Source: Anaerolineae bacterium (GTDB taxonomy: Bacteria; Chloroflexota; Anaerolineae; B4-G1; SLSP01). Taken from it: 64,000 bases of DNA. The position numbers and the translations under genes were made by a program. A model generated the notes under the pieces. The model was not told where the DNA came from. It saw only the letters and a program-made list of their open reading frames with translations, and ran no database searches. The first letter of the stretch is position 1. Every line of letters begins with the position of its first letter. The stretch lies in NCBI GenBank assembly GCA_035347995.1, contig DAOPQD010000005.1, positions 6,433-70,432 on the forward strand. Direction: 5' to 3'. Below are positions 48,086 to 57,401 of the stretch, in pieces.

Positions 48086-48936
48086 TTGTAGAGAATATCA
48101 GGAGCAAAACAGAACGTCAGCCCTCCCACAAGCGCCGCCGGGACGCCGCCGATGAGTAAGCCTCGCGTTTCGGGGAGTTGAAGCCAGGCCGTCATTGCCA
48201 CCATCAGCCACAGGAAAAGCGCCAGCGAGAATGGCACGATGGCAGCAAAAACGCTGAGCCTGGTGAATAACGGCATGAGCCGGCTTTCCAGAGCCTTGGG
48301 ATTCCGCAAACCGCGCACCAGCAGCCAGATGCGTCCGGAAATCTGGGCGTCGCGTAAATCCGTGCCACCGACCGTCGTGCGATCCCAGATAGCGCCTTCC
48401 AGGTGCGCCCCTTTCAAAACCGTGTGCTGGAATTTCGCCCTCAGGAGAATGGCGCCCTCCAAATCGGCGCCGGTCAAATCGGCATAGGCGAGATCCGCCC
48501 CGCTAAGATCGGCGCGCAGGAAGGTGGCCCCGCGCAAATCCGCGCCAACAAGGTTCGCCCCGGTCAGGGTAGCATGATCCAAGACAGCGCCGGGCAGCTG
48601 CGCCCGTTGCAGCATGGCCGCGCTCAGGTCAGCATGTTCAAGGTTGGCGTGCGCCAGCGCCGCGCTGGTGAGATTCGCCTCACAGAACATCGCGCCGGCA
48701 GCCTGGGCCGTCTCTAAATCCGCGTGGACGAGACTGGCTTTGGTGAAATCGGCCTGGTGCAGATTCAGGTTGCGCAATCTGGCATTATCAAGGCGCGCGT
48801 GGCAGAATCTGGCCCCCGCGAGTTCACACTTCTCGAAAGCCGCCTCTCGCAAATCCGCATACGCAAAATCGCGGAGGGTGAAATCTTCCCCTTTAAATGT
48901 CTGGCCAAAGAACTGCTTATCTGTCGCGCCTGCCAT
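48082..48936 (-). CDS. pentapeptide-repeat protein with a C-terminal membrane anchor
   Basis: Repeated A(D/N)L(S/T)xA(D/N)L... quintets over about 170 aa. Confidence 0.85.
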   Translation of the reverse strand: MAGATDKQFFGQTFKGEDFTLRDFAYADLREAAFEKCELAGARFCHARLDNARLRNLNLHQADFTKASLVHADLETAQAAGAMFCEANLTSAALAHANLEHADLSAAMLQRAQLPGAVLDHATLTGANLVGADLRGATFLRADLSGADLAYADLTGADLEGAILLRAKFQHTVLKGAHLEGAIWDRTTVGGTDLRDAQISGRIWLLVRGLRNPKALESRLMPLFTRLSVFAAIVPFSLALFLWLMVAMTAWLQLPETRGLLIGGVPAALVGGLTFCFAPDILYK

Positions 48937-49057
48937 CTTCCCCTCCTTATCATGCCGCGCCTGAAACGCCGCTCACATCTTAGTACAGCAAGACATCGCG
49001 GATATATCAACGCGGATTGAATGTTGACCTCACCACCGCAACGGACAATGCTCCGAC

Positions 49058-50032
49058 TCAAGCGTAGACTTGAGGGTTGACGCAATGCGGCAGGCGTTCG
49101 CCGCGCAGGCCCGCCAGCAGGTTTTCGGCAGCGAGGACGGCCATCCGCGTGCGCGCAGTGACACTGGCGCTAGCGATGTGCGGCGTGATGAGGCAATTGG
49201 GCAGTCCTACCAGCGGATGGGTCGGCGGCAGCGGCTCGGGATCGGTCACATCGAGCGCGGCGCCGGCGATCCAGCCCTCGCGCAACGCCTGGAGCAGCGC
49301 CTCCTGTTGCACCACCGCCCCACGCGCCGTGTTGATGAGGATCGCGGTAGGCCGCATCCTTCGCAGCTCGCGCGCCCCGATCAGACCGCGCGTCTCCGGC
49401 GTGAGCGGGCAGTGGAGGCTCACGAAATCCGCCTCAGCCAACAACGTCTCCAAGGGCACACACTCCGCGCCCAGCGCTGCCCCTTCCGCCTTGCAGCGCG
49501 GGTCGGTGAACAGGACCCGCATGGCAAACCCCTTGCCGCGCCGCGCCATCGCCTGCCCGATGCGGCCCAGTCCGATCACGCCGAGCGTCGCGCCCCAGAC
49601 ATCCTGACCCAGCAACGTCTGCGGTCCCCACGTATGCCATTCGCCCTGCCGGACGTTGGCGCTGCCCTCCGGGAGGCGTCGCGCCGCCGCCATCAACAAG
49701 GCGAAGGCGAAATCAGCGGTCGCGTCGGTGAGGACGTCGGGGGTATTGCCCACGGGAATGCGCCGCGCCGTCGCCGCGGCGACGTCAATGTTGTCATAGC
49801 CCACGGCATATTGGCTGATGACGCGCAAGCGCGGGGCGGCGGCCAGAAGCGCCGCATCAATCGGATCCGAAAGCAGGGTAAGCAGCCCTTCCGCCTCGGC
49901 GACGGCCTCCAGCAACGTCTCGCGGGGCACCGGCAGAGGCGAGGGCCAGACCTGGACTTCGCCTTCGGCCCGGAGCAAGTCCAGGCCGGCAGCGGGAATT
50001 TGGCGGGTGACATAGATGCGAGGGCGGTTCAT
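49058..50032 (-). CDS. D-isomer-specific 2-hydroxyacid dehydrogenase (glyoxylate/hydroxypyruvate reductase type)
   Basis: [15 protein letters not shown]; ...[14 protein letters not shown]... Confidence 0.85.
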   Translation of the reverse strand: MNRPRIYVTRQIPAAGLDLLRAEGEVQVWPSPLPVPRETLLEAVAEAEGLLTLLSDPIDAALLAAAPRLRVISQYAVGYDNIDVAAATARRIPVGNTPDVLTDATADFAFALLMAAARRLPEGSANVRQGEWHTWGPQTLLGQDVWGATLGVIGLGRIGQAMARRGKGFAMRVLFTDPRCKAEGAALGAECVPLETLLAEADFVSLHCPLTPETRGLIGARELRRMRPTAILINTARGAVVQQEALLQALREGWIAGAALDVTDPEPLPPTHPLVGLPNCLITPHIASASVTARTRMAVLAAENLLAGLRGERLPHCVNPQVYA

Positions 50033-50478
50033 GGTCGGATTCCTCCTTTTGGGAAAATGCCCCTTGTCAAAATGCCTGTTTCAGTGTACACTTGTTGAGT
50101 ATACGGTTGGTGGCGGATTTGACAAACCGACCGCATGAAAGAGCTTTTTTCCGGCAATCATTGCCGCCGCCAGGAATTGAATGCCGTTTTGAGCCGCGCC
50201 GGACTGCTACTGGAGTAGAAAGCGCAGTTCAAGACTCTCAGGGTGACACACCCTGACGCTGGAAAGCTGTAGCCGTTGACGAACCCCGGCCGGGGATAAA
50301 TCAGGTTTTGCGCGAGGCCGGGTTCAAGCATTGACCAGCTACCTCAGACAGGCTCTTAGCCTTAAAGGGTTTATGCGACTGCTGCCAGATAAAGGGTAGG
50401 GCAGCGGCAAGAGGGTTAAGAGAAAGATGGTGTAGGCCGTTCCCAACACTTTGGGGAACGGTGGTTTGTGCTATACAA

Positions 50479-50516
50479 CACGGCTACGGCCTTCTGGCTG
50501 TAGCCGTGTCTGTTTT
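50479..50516 (+). terminator. terminator-like hairpin + T-run 10 nt upstream of the recX start (candidate attenuator)
   Basis: Stem cacggctac...gtagccgtg followed by tctgtttt. Confidence 0.4.
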
Positions 50517-50525
50517 GGAGAGTGC

Positions 50526-51167
50526 ATGAGCGGAAGGATCACCGCCCTGGAACCGCAGAAGCATTCCAGTGAGCGGGTCAACGTGTATCTGGATGGGGAA
50601 TTCGCGTTTGGGTTGGCTCTCAGCGCCGCAGTATCGCTGCACCTCGGGGAAACCCTCACTGACCCCGAGATTGCCGCGCTAAAGGCCACCGATGAAGTGG
50701 AACGCGCCCGCGAGAAAGCGTTAAATTATCTCTCATATCGCCCGCGCAGCGAGGCTGAAGTCCGACGCTATCTCGAGGAACGGGAATTCTCCCCCCAGAC
50801 CGTGGATGAGGTCATCGAGCGTCTTTGCCAGGTGGGGTTGATAGATGACGATGCTTTCGCCAGATTCTGGGTCGAGAACCGCAGCCGGTTCCGTCCCCGA
50901 GGCGAACGCGCGTTGGCGCAGGAATTGCGACAGCACGGCATTGCTCCCGCGGTCATCACCAAAGCATTGGGCGATTATGATGCCGTCGCGGCAGCCGAGA
51001 CGTATGCCCGCGAGCAAGCGCGGCGGTTAGCCGGCTTGCCCCCTGAACAATTCCGTCGCCGTCTGGCTGAACGCCTGGCACGTCGTGGCTTTGCGTATGA
51101 CCTCATTGAAGACCTCCTCACGCGCTATGCCTCTCCCGATGCCATCAATCTAGAAATCGAGGAGTGA
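50526..51167 (+). CDS. recX: recombination regulator RecX; start placed at MSGRITALEP
   Basis: Three-helix repeat pattern ...KALNYLSYRPRSEAEVRRYLEEREF...VIERLCQVGLIDDDAFARFWV... Confidence 0.8.
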   Translation: MSGRITALEPQKHSSERVNVYLDGEFAFGLALSAAVSLHLGETLTDPEIAALKATDEVERAREKALNYLSYRPRSEAEVRRYLEEREFSPQTVDEVIERLCQVGLIDDDAFARFWVENRSRFRPRGERALAQELRQHGIAPAVITKALGDYDAVAAAETYAREQARRLAGLPPEQFRRRLAERLARRGFAYDLIEDLLTRYASPDAINLEIEE

Positions 51168-52702
51168 AATACATGGAATGGATCTACGCAGTCATCGCAG
51201 CACTGCTGGGATTGGCTATTGGCGGAGCGGTCGGCTACTTCTTCCGCCAACAGCAATATCAACAGCAAATGGGGAATCTGGAGGGCATGCGCAAGCGGCT
51301 CTTGGAGGAATCCGAGAAGCAAGCGCGCGAAATCGTGCTCGCCGCACGCGACGAGAGCTACCGCCTGCGAGAGGAGGCCGACAAGGAGCTCGAGACGCGC
51401 CGCACGCAGTTGCGACAGGAAGAAGAACGCCTGCAACGCCGGCGGGAACAGCTGGACCAGCGCCAGGAACAGATGGACCGCAAAGAGCAGGCGCTGAACA
51501 AACGGCAGAGCACCGTTGACAAGCGCTGGAACGAGTTGGAAAAACTGGAGACCCAACGTCGGGAAGAATTGGAGCGGGTCGCCAATCTTTCTACTGAAGA
51601 AGCGCGCAACATTCTGCTGGAGCAGGTAGCGCAGGAGACCCGGCAGGACATGGCGCGGGTGATCCGCGAAGAGGAGTTCTACGCTCAGGAAGAGGCCGAG
51701 CGGCGGGCGCGACAGATCATCACCACGGCGGTGCAGCGCATCGCCGGCGAGCAGGTGGCGGAACTGACCACCAAGACCATCGAAATCCCCTCCGACGAAC
51801 TCAAAGGTCGCATCATCGGGCGCGGCGGACGCAACATCCGCGTCTTCGAGCAAAAAGCCGGCGTGGATGTGATTGTGGATGACAGCCCTGAGGTGATCAC
51901 CATCTCGTCCTTCGACCCCATCCGGCGCGAGGTGGCGGCGCGAACGATGCACAAGCTCGTCGCCGATGGACGCATCCACCCGGCGCGCATCGAGCAATTG
52001 CTGGCGAAATCCCGCAAGGAAGTGGCGGACACGATCCGCGAACAGGGCGAGCGCGCCGTCTATGAGGCGGAAGTGCCGGGCCTGCATCCTGAAATCGTCA
52101 AACTGTTGGGACAGCTCTACTTCCGCACCAGCTACGGCCAGAATCAGCTGGCACATTCGATCGAGGTTGCCAAGCTCGCCAGCCTGTTGGCGGCAGAGCT
52201 CGGCGCTGACGAGAAAATCTCCCGCATGGGAGGGCTGCTGCACGACCTGGGAAAGGCCGTGGATTTTGAGGTCGAGGGCACCCACGCGGCCATCGGGGCC
52301 GAAATCGCCCGGCGGTACGGCGTGCCCGAGACGGTGGTCAACTGCATTGAGGGGCACCATCACGAAGTGGATCAGACGTCCCTGGAGGCGGTGCTCGTCG
52401 AAGCGGCCGATGCCATCTCTGGCGCACGCCCCGGGGCGCGGCGCGAAAGCCTGGAGCACTACATCAAGCGCATCCGCACGCTGGAGGAAATCGCCCACTC
52501 CTTCAACGGCGTCGAGGAATCCTACGCGATCCAGGCCGGGCGCGAGGTGCGCATCATCGTCAAGCCCGGCGAGATTGATGACCTGGATGCCCTGCGGCTT
52601 TCCCGCGAGGTCGCCCGCAAGATCGAGGACACGCTGCAATATCCGGGGCAGATCAAGGTGACGGTGATCCGCGAGACGCGCTCGGTAGAATACGCCAAGT
52701 AA
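51164..52702 (+). CDS. rny: ribonuclease Y (N-terminal TM, coiled coil, KH, HD)
   Basis: KH GRIIGRGGRNIRVFEQKAGVDVIVDD; HD LLHDLGK...; C-terminus KVTVIRETRSVEYAK. Confidence 0.9.
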   Translation: MKYMEWIYAVIAALLGLAIGGAVGYFFRQQQYQQQMGNLEGMRKRLLEESEKQAREIVLAARDESYRLREEADKELETRRTQLRQEEERLQRRREQLDQRQEQMDRKEQALNKRQSTVDKRWNELEKLETQRREELERVANLSTEEARNILLEQVAQETRQDMARVIREEEFYAQEEAERRARQIITTAVQRIAGEQVAELTTKTIEIPSDELKGRIIGRGGRNIRVFEQKAGVDVIVDDSPEVITISSFDPIRREVAARTMHKLVADGRIHPARIEQLLAKSRKEVADTIREQGERAVYEAEVPGLHPEIVKLLGQLYFRTSYGQNQLAHSIEVAKLASLLAAELGADEKISRMGGLLHDLGKAVDFEVEGTHAAIGAEIARRYGVPETVVNCIEGHHHEVDQTSLEAVLVEAADAISGARPGARRESLEHYIKRIRTLEEIAHSFNGVEESYAIQAGREVRIIVKPGEIDDLDALRLSREVARKIEDTLQYPGQIKVTVIRETRSVEYAK

Positions 52703-52756
52703 GCACGGGCTTCCCGAACGTCCATCCGGCGCAGCGACGCAGCTGCGCCGGATTTT

Positions 52757-53030
52757 TTAACCGTCGGCAGCGGGGGACTCCAGCCGCGGCAGACGGACCC
52801 GCACCGCGCTGCCCTCCTCCGGCCAGCTCTCGATGGTGATGACGCCATGCAGCCCTTCGACCAGGGCTTTGGCGATCGGCAGTCCCAACCCGAATCCCGC
52901 AGCCTCCGTAGCCGCGTCCCGGTAAAAGCGGTCGAAGACGGGCGGCAGCAGCTCCGGCGCGATGCCCGGCCCTCCATCGCGCACTTCGAGCAGCACAGAC
53001 GTGGCTTCCACCGTGACGGTGACCGTGATG
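52757..53030 (-). pseudogene. 3' remnant of a histidine kinase gene (HATPase_c G1/G2 region only)
   Basis: ...ITVTVTVEATSVLLEVRDGGPGIAPELLPPVFDRFYR...GFGLGLPIAKALVEGLHGVITIESWPEEGSAVRVRLP with no H-box or N-box upstream. Confidence 0.6.
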
Positions 53031-53189
53031 GGACCTTGCGAGTGCTTCGGCGACGGGATCGAGGAACAGCGCGTTGGGGTCGGCGCCAAGCCGTGACCCC
53101 GCGCAGAACGCGCACACTTGTCAGACTTCCAAGAGTGAGTATACTGAAAACACTGGCGTATGACAGTAACTCGCACACGAGGGAATAAC

Positions 53190-54125
53190 ATGAATCCACG
53201 GTTCTCAGTTGTAGCCCCAGTATTTAATGAAGAAGCGCTGATCGAGGAATTCTACCAGCGCGTCCGCAATGTGATGGAAGGGATAGGCGAGCCGTGGGAG
53301 CTCGTGCTCGTCAACGATGGCAGCCGCGACCGCTCCCCGCAGCTGCTGGATCAACTTTACGCCCAAGACCCCGAACATGTCGTCGTCCTCCATTTCTCCC
53401 GCAATTTTGGGCACCAGCTGGCCATCACCGCCGGGTCGGATTACGCCCGCGGGGACGCCGTGACCGTCATTGATTCCGACCTGCAAGATCCGCCGGAGGT
53501 CATCCCCGAATTTATCGCCAAATGGCGCGAGGGATACGAGGTCGTCTACGGCGTGCGCGCTGAACGCGAGGGGGAGACGTGGTTCAAGCTCTTCACCGCC
53601 GACCTCTTCTACCGGCTCATCCAGGCGCTCACGGATGTCGTCATCCCCATGGAAGCGGGCGATTTCCGCCTGCTGGACCGCAAGGTGGTGGAAGTGATGC
53701 GGGAGATGCACGAGGGGCACCGCTTCGTGCGCGCGATGGTGTCGTGGGTCGGCTTCCGGCAGATCGGCGTGCCCTATCGCCGGTTAGCGCGCAAAGCGGG
53801 GGAGAGCAAGTATCCCTTCCGCAAGATGTTTCGGCTGGCGCTGGACGCCATCACGGGCTTCTCCTTCCTCCCCCTGAAGCTGGCCCTGTGGTGCGGCGCG
53901 CTGGCCACGGTCGCCGGGCTGATCATGGCGCTGGTATTACTCATCCTGCGGCTCAACGGCAGCATGCCCCTCGCCGGACAAGGACTCACCGCCAGCCTCG
54001 TCCTCTTCATGGGCGGCGTGCAGCTCCTGGTCATGGGCATCTTGGGCGAGTACCTCGGACGCATCTACGATGAAGTCCGGCGCCGTCCGCTATACATCAT
54101 CCGCGAAATCAAACGCCAGGAATAA
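53190..54125 (+). CDS. family 2 glycosyltransferase (polyprenol-phosphate sugar transferase type, GtrB/ArnC-like) with C-terminal TM helices
   Basis: SVVAPVFNEE...LVLVNDGSRDRS...DSDLQDPPE... Confidence 0.85.
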   Translation: MNPRFSVVAPVFNEEALIEEFYQRVRNVMEGIGEPWELVLVNDGSRDRSPQLLDQLYAQDPEHVVVLHFSRNFGHQLAITAGSDYARGDAVTVIDSDLQDPPEVIPEFIAKWREGYEVVYGVRAEREGETWFKLFTADLFYRLIQALTDVVIPMEAGDFRLLDRKVVEVMREMHEGHRFVRAMVSWVGFRQIGVPYRRLARKAGESKYPFRKMFRLALDAITGFSFLPLKLALWCGALATVAGLIMALVLLILRLNGSMPLAGQGLTASLVLFMGGVQLLVMGILGEYLGRIYDEVRRRPLYIIREIKRQE

Positions 54126-54190
54126 GTGCCGCAGCTGCTTTCCCTGGAAAGTCTGTTTTCAACAATGAGCTTTATCACAAGGAGCATCAC

Positions 54191-55666
54191 ATGGGCCTCT
54201 GGGAAGCATATTACACCGCCACCAGCGTCGAAGAAGCGGTGCGCCTGCTCGCCGAGTATGGGGAGCGCGCGCGCATCGTCGCCGGCGGCACCGATTTGCT
54301 CATCGAGATCGAGCATCAGACGCGCACGCCTGCCGTGCTCATTGACATCACCCGCATTGGCGGATTGGACGAGCTCCGCCTGCGGGATGACGGCCTCATC
54401 CATCTGGGACCGATGGTGACGCACGCGCAGGCAGCCGCCTCGCCACTGCTCCAGGAGCACGCCCTGCCGCTGGCCCAGGCCTGTTGGGGGGTCGGCGCGC
54501 CGGCGCTCCGCAACCGGGGCACCCTCGCCGGGAATCTGGTCACCGCCTCGCCGGCCAACGATACCATCACCGCGCTCCGTGCCCTCGACGCCCATGTCAC
54601 CCTGCGAAGTGCGCACGGCGAACGGCAGGTCCCCCTCGCCGATTTCTACACCGGCGTGCGGCGTACCATCATGGAACCCGAAGAGCTGCTCGTAGGGATC
54701 AGCTTTAAGCCCCTCAAAGAGTCGTATCAAGGGATTTATCTCAAGCTGGGACTGCGGCGCGTCCTTGCCATTGCCGTCACGAATGTCGCCATCGTGCTCG
54801 GCCTCGAGGGAGAACGGGTGAGCGAAGCGCGCCTGGCGCTGGGGAGCGTCGCCCCCACCATCATCCGCGCGCCTGAAGCCGAAGCAGCGCTGCACGGACA
54901 GCCGCTGGATGAAGCGCACATCGCCCAGGCGGCGGAGCTGGCAGCGCAAGCCGCACGGCCCATTGATGACGTGCGCGGCTCCGCCTGGTTCCGCAAGGAA
55001 GAGGTGGCCGCGCTGGTCCGGCGGGGCCTGCAGGCCCTGGCGCGCCATGAACCGCGACTCGACCTGCCCCAACCCGAAACGATGCCGCTGTTGTGGGGCA
55101 AATCCCGCTGCCGTCCGCGACTGGCCGGCCCCACGATCGCCCATCACAGCGAGGGCGAGGAGCCCATCCAGTTCACCGTCAACGGTGAGAATGTCGCCGT
55201 GCGCGGCGCCAACGGCACCACCCTGCTGCATCTCCTGCGCGATGACCTGGGACTCACGGGCACCAAAGTCGGCTGCGAGGAGGGCGAATGCGGCGCCTGC
55301 ACCGTCTGGATGGACGGCGTCGCCGTGCTGGCGTGTCTTACCCCCGCGCCGAGAGCGCACGGGACCAACATCGTCACCATCGAGGGGCTCTCCAAAGGCG
55401 AGTCCCGGCATCCCGTCCAGGAGGCTTTTGTGGAGGAAGACGCCGTCCAGTGCGGCTATTGCACGCCGGGCTTCGTGATGAGCGCCGCGAAGCTATTGGA
55501 AGAACGTCCGCATCCCAGCCGGGAGCAAATTGTCGCCGCCCTCAGTGGCAATCTCTGCCGCTGCACGGGCTACTACAAGATCATCACCGCTGTGGAAAAC
55601 GCCAGCCGGCAACTAAGCGAGAAGCGAGCAGACGCCAGCGATGAAACGCACAGTGCCGACAGTTGA
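54191..55666 (+). CDS. xanthine dehydrogenase/CO dehydrogenase family fused FAD-binding + [2Fe-2S] subunit (FAD domain N-terminal)
   Basis: FAD-binding ARIVAGGTDLLIE...; C-terminal ferredoxin GCEEGECGACTV...CGYCTPGFVMS...NLCRCTGY. Confidence 0.85.
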   Translation: MGLWEAYYTATSVEEAVRLLAEYGERARIVAGGTDLLIEIEHQTRTPAVLIDITRIGGLDELRLRDDGLIHLGPMVTHAQAAASPLLQEHALPLAQACWGVGAPALRNRGTLAGNLVTASPANDTITALRALDAHVTLRSAHGERQVPLADFYTGVRRTIMEPEELLVGISFKPLKESYQGIYLKLGLRRVLAIAVTNVAIVLGLEGERVSEARLALGSVAPTIIRAPEAEAALHGQPLDEAHIAQAAELAAQAARPIDDVRGSAWFRKEEVAALVRRGLQALARHEPRLDLPQPETMPLLWGKSRCRPRLAGPTIAHHSEGEEPIQFTVNGENVAVRGANGTTLLHLLRDDLGLTGTKVGCEEGECGACTVWMDGVAVLACLTPAPRAHGTNIVTIEGLSKGESRHPVQEAFVEEDAVQCGYCTPGFVMSAAKLLEERPHPSREQIVAALSGNLCRCTGYYKIITAVENASRQLSEKRADASDETHSADS

Positions 55667-57371
55667 CGCGGATCGCATCAACCTCTACCTGCGAACCTAC
55701 TATTCCCTGCTCCGCACTACCGAGGAGGTGCAAATCCGCACGCTGGAAGAGACGCACACCTCGCTGCACTCCATCCTGCACCAGGGAGCCAGGGAGATGG
55801 CGGTGGATATGTCCGCCTTCATCTACAGCGGCCTGCGCCTCCCTCAATGCATTCGGGACACCCGGTTGATCGTGTTGGGACAGACCGAGGAGGTTTTTCG
55901 GCGCCGCGGCTTCGCCGACTTCAGCTCCTGGACGCCGGTGTCGGCGCCGGGGCGCCGGCGCCGGATGCTCTACGACGGCAAAGAGACCCTCGCCGCCTTC
56001 ATCGCCAGCATCTCCGACGTGGATGACCTCATTCCCATCCTCGTCGCCTTTCAGATCGAATGGAATAAGATTCACCTGCTGATCACGCAGGCGGGATTGC
56101 AGGGGCGTGTGGCCGCCTGGGCGGAAACAAGAGCCGCCGACACCACATTGAACGAAGAGCTGCAGAAGGCGCTGGGCATCACCGCCGAAGAGTGGGAACG
56201 GCTCACGCGCGTCTGGGGCGCCGACCTGCCAGGATTCCTGGCGGACATCGCCGCACGCCGCAAACGGATGGCCGTGCGGCTTCTCGCCGGTTCGTATGTG
56301 GATTACCGACGCGCGACGCAGCGATGGTGGTGGCACGTGAGCGACAACGCTCCCATTGACCTGCAAGACCGGGACGTCTACTTCGTCTCCAGCAACACGC
56401 ACAGCCTGACCAACATGCTCACCGGTTTCGCCCAACGGCACGAGCAGCTGCTCATGGATTACATCGCCCATTGCGGCGACGTCGAGCTGCAGACAGAGGC
56501 GCACCACATCCAGCAGGGGGTCGTCCGCAGCAATTGGGCGAATTTCCTCTACTACGTGCTCAAGAAGTACCTGGCGACCCCAGAGGGCGCGGCCTTGTCG
56601 CAGGAACGCAAAGAATATGAAGCGGCTCACGGCGTCACCCGCATCCCCAGCAGCCAGACCTTCGACCTCGAGGCGCAGGTGATTGAGCTGGCGCGCCTCG
56701 ACCCGCAAGTGGTAGATCGGCGACTGCGGGATTTGCCGCTGGAACGCCTGGCGGACAGCAAATCCGTCATCCTCAACATTGATTATCCGTTGGGATTTGC
56801 CGCCTATCATTTGCTCTCGCGCATCGTGGCGAACGTGGGCGACCTGCGCGGCCTCTACGTCATCGGCAAAGCCGCCACGCTCAACGCGCGCATCGGCGAT
56901 GTGTTGATCCCCAACGTGGTCTATGACGAGCATTCGCACAATACCTATCTTTTCAACAATGTTTTCACGGCCACGGATGTGGCGTGCTATGCCGTCTACG
57001 GGGACGTGCTCGACAATCAACGCGCGCTGACGGTGTGGGGGACTTTCCTGCAGACCGAAGCCTACATGAAGGGCTTCCTCGACGCCGGCTACACCGACGC
57101 AGAAATGGAAGCCGGGCCCTATCTCTCGGCGGTCTACGAATTCATCCGCCCGCGCCGCTATCCTACCGATGAAGTGGTCAATCTGTACCGCACGCCCTTC
57201 GAGATCGGCATCCTGCACTACGCCTCGGACACGCCCATCAGCAAGGGACAGAACCTGGGCGCGCAGAATCTCTCGTACTACGGCATGGATCCGACGTATG
57301 CGGCGACGGTGGCCGTGCTGCGCCGCATCTTCACTCTGGAAACGGCGGACTTGCCCCGAGCCGACAAATAA
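55641..57371 (+). CDS. AMP nucleosidase-like protein (N-terminal regulatory-type domain + C-terminal PNP/UDP-fold catalytic domain)
   Basis: The C-terminal half aligns with E. coli Amn: LNIDYPLGFA / VNIGVGPSNA, IGDVLIPNVVYDEH / IGDYVLAHAYLRDDH, DAEMEAGPY / AVDMESATI. Confidence 0.65.
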   Translation: MKRTVPTVDADRINLYLRTYYSLLRTTEEVQIRTLEETHTSLHSILHQGAREMAVDMSAFIYSGLRLPQCIRDTRLIVLGQTEEVFRRRGFADFSSWTPVSAPGRRRRMLYDGKETLAAFIASISDVDDLIPILVAFQIEWNKIHLLITQAGLQGRVAAWAETRAADTTLNEELQKALGITAEEWERLTRVWGADLPGFLADIAARRKRMAVRLLAGSYVDYRRATQRWWWHVSDNAPIDLQDRDVYFVSSNTHSLTNMLTGFAQRHEQLLMDYIAHCGDVELQTEAHHIQQGVVRSNWANFLYYVLKKYLATPEGAALSQERKEYEAAHGVTRIPSSQTFDLEAQVIELARLDPQVVDRRLRDLPLERLADSKSVILNIDYPLGFAAYHLLSRIVANVGDLRGLYVIGKAATLNARIGDVLIPNVVYDEHSHNTYLFNNVFTATDVACYAVYGDVLDNQRALTVWGTFLQTEAYMKGFLDAGYTDAEMEAGPYLSAVYEFIRPRRYPTDEVVNLYRTPFEIGILHYASDTPISKGQNLGAQNLSYYGMDPTYAATVAVLRRIFTLETADLPRADK

Positions 57372-57401
57372 TCTACCGGGTGACTTACACAGGAGTACGC
57401 G

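Noticed and set aside
50100-50160. Palindrome ccggcaatcattgccgg with an adjacent T/A run as a terminator
   Set aside because: The T-run precedes rather than follows the stem on the plus strand and the minus-strand version is followed by A's, so it does not fit an intrinsic terminator on either strand.
51125-52639. 504-aa minus-strand ORF
   Set aside because: Antisense to rny.
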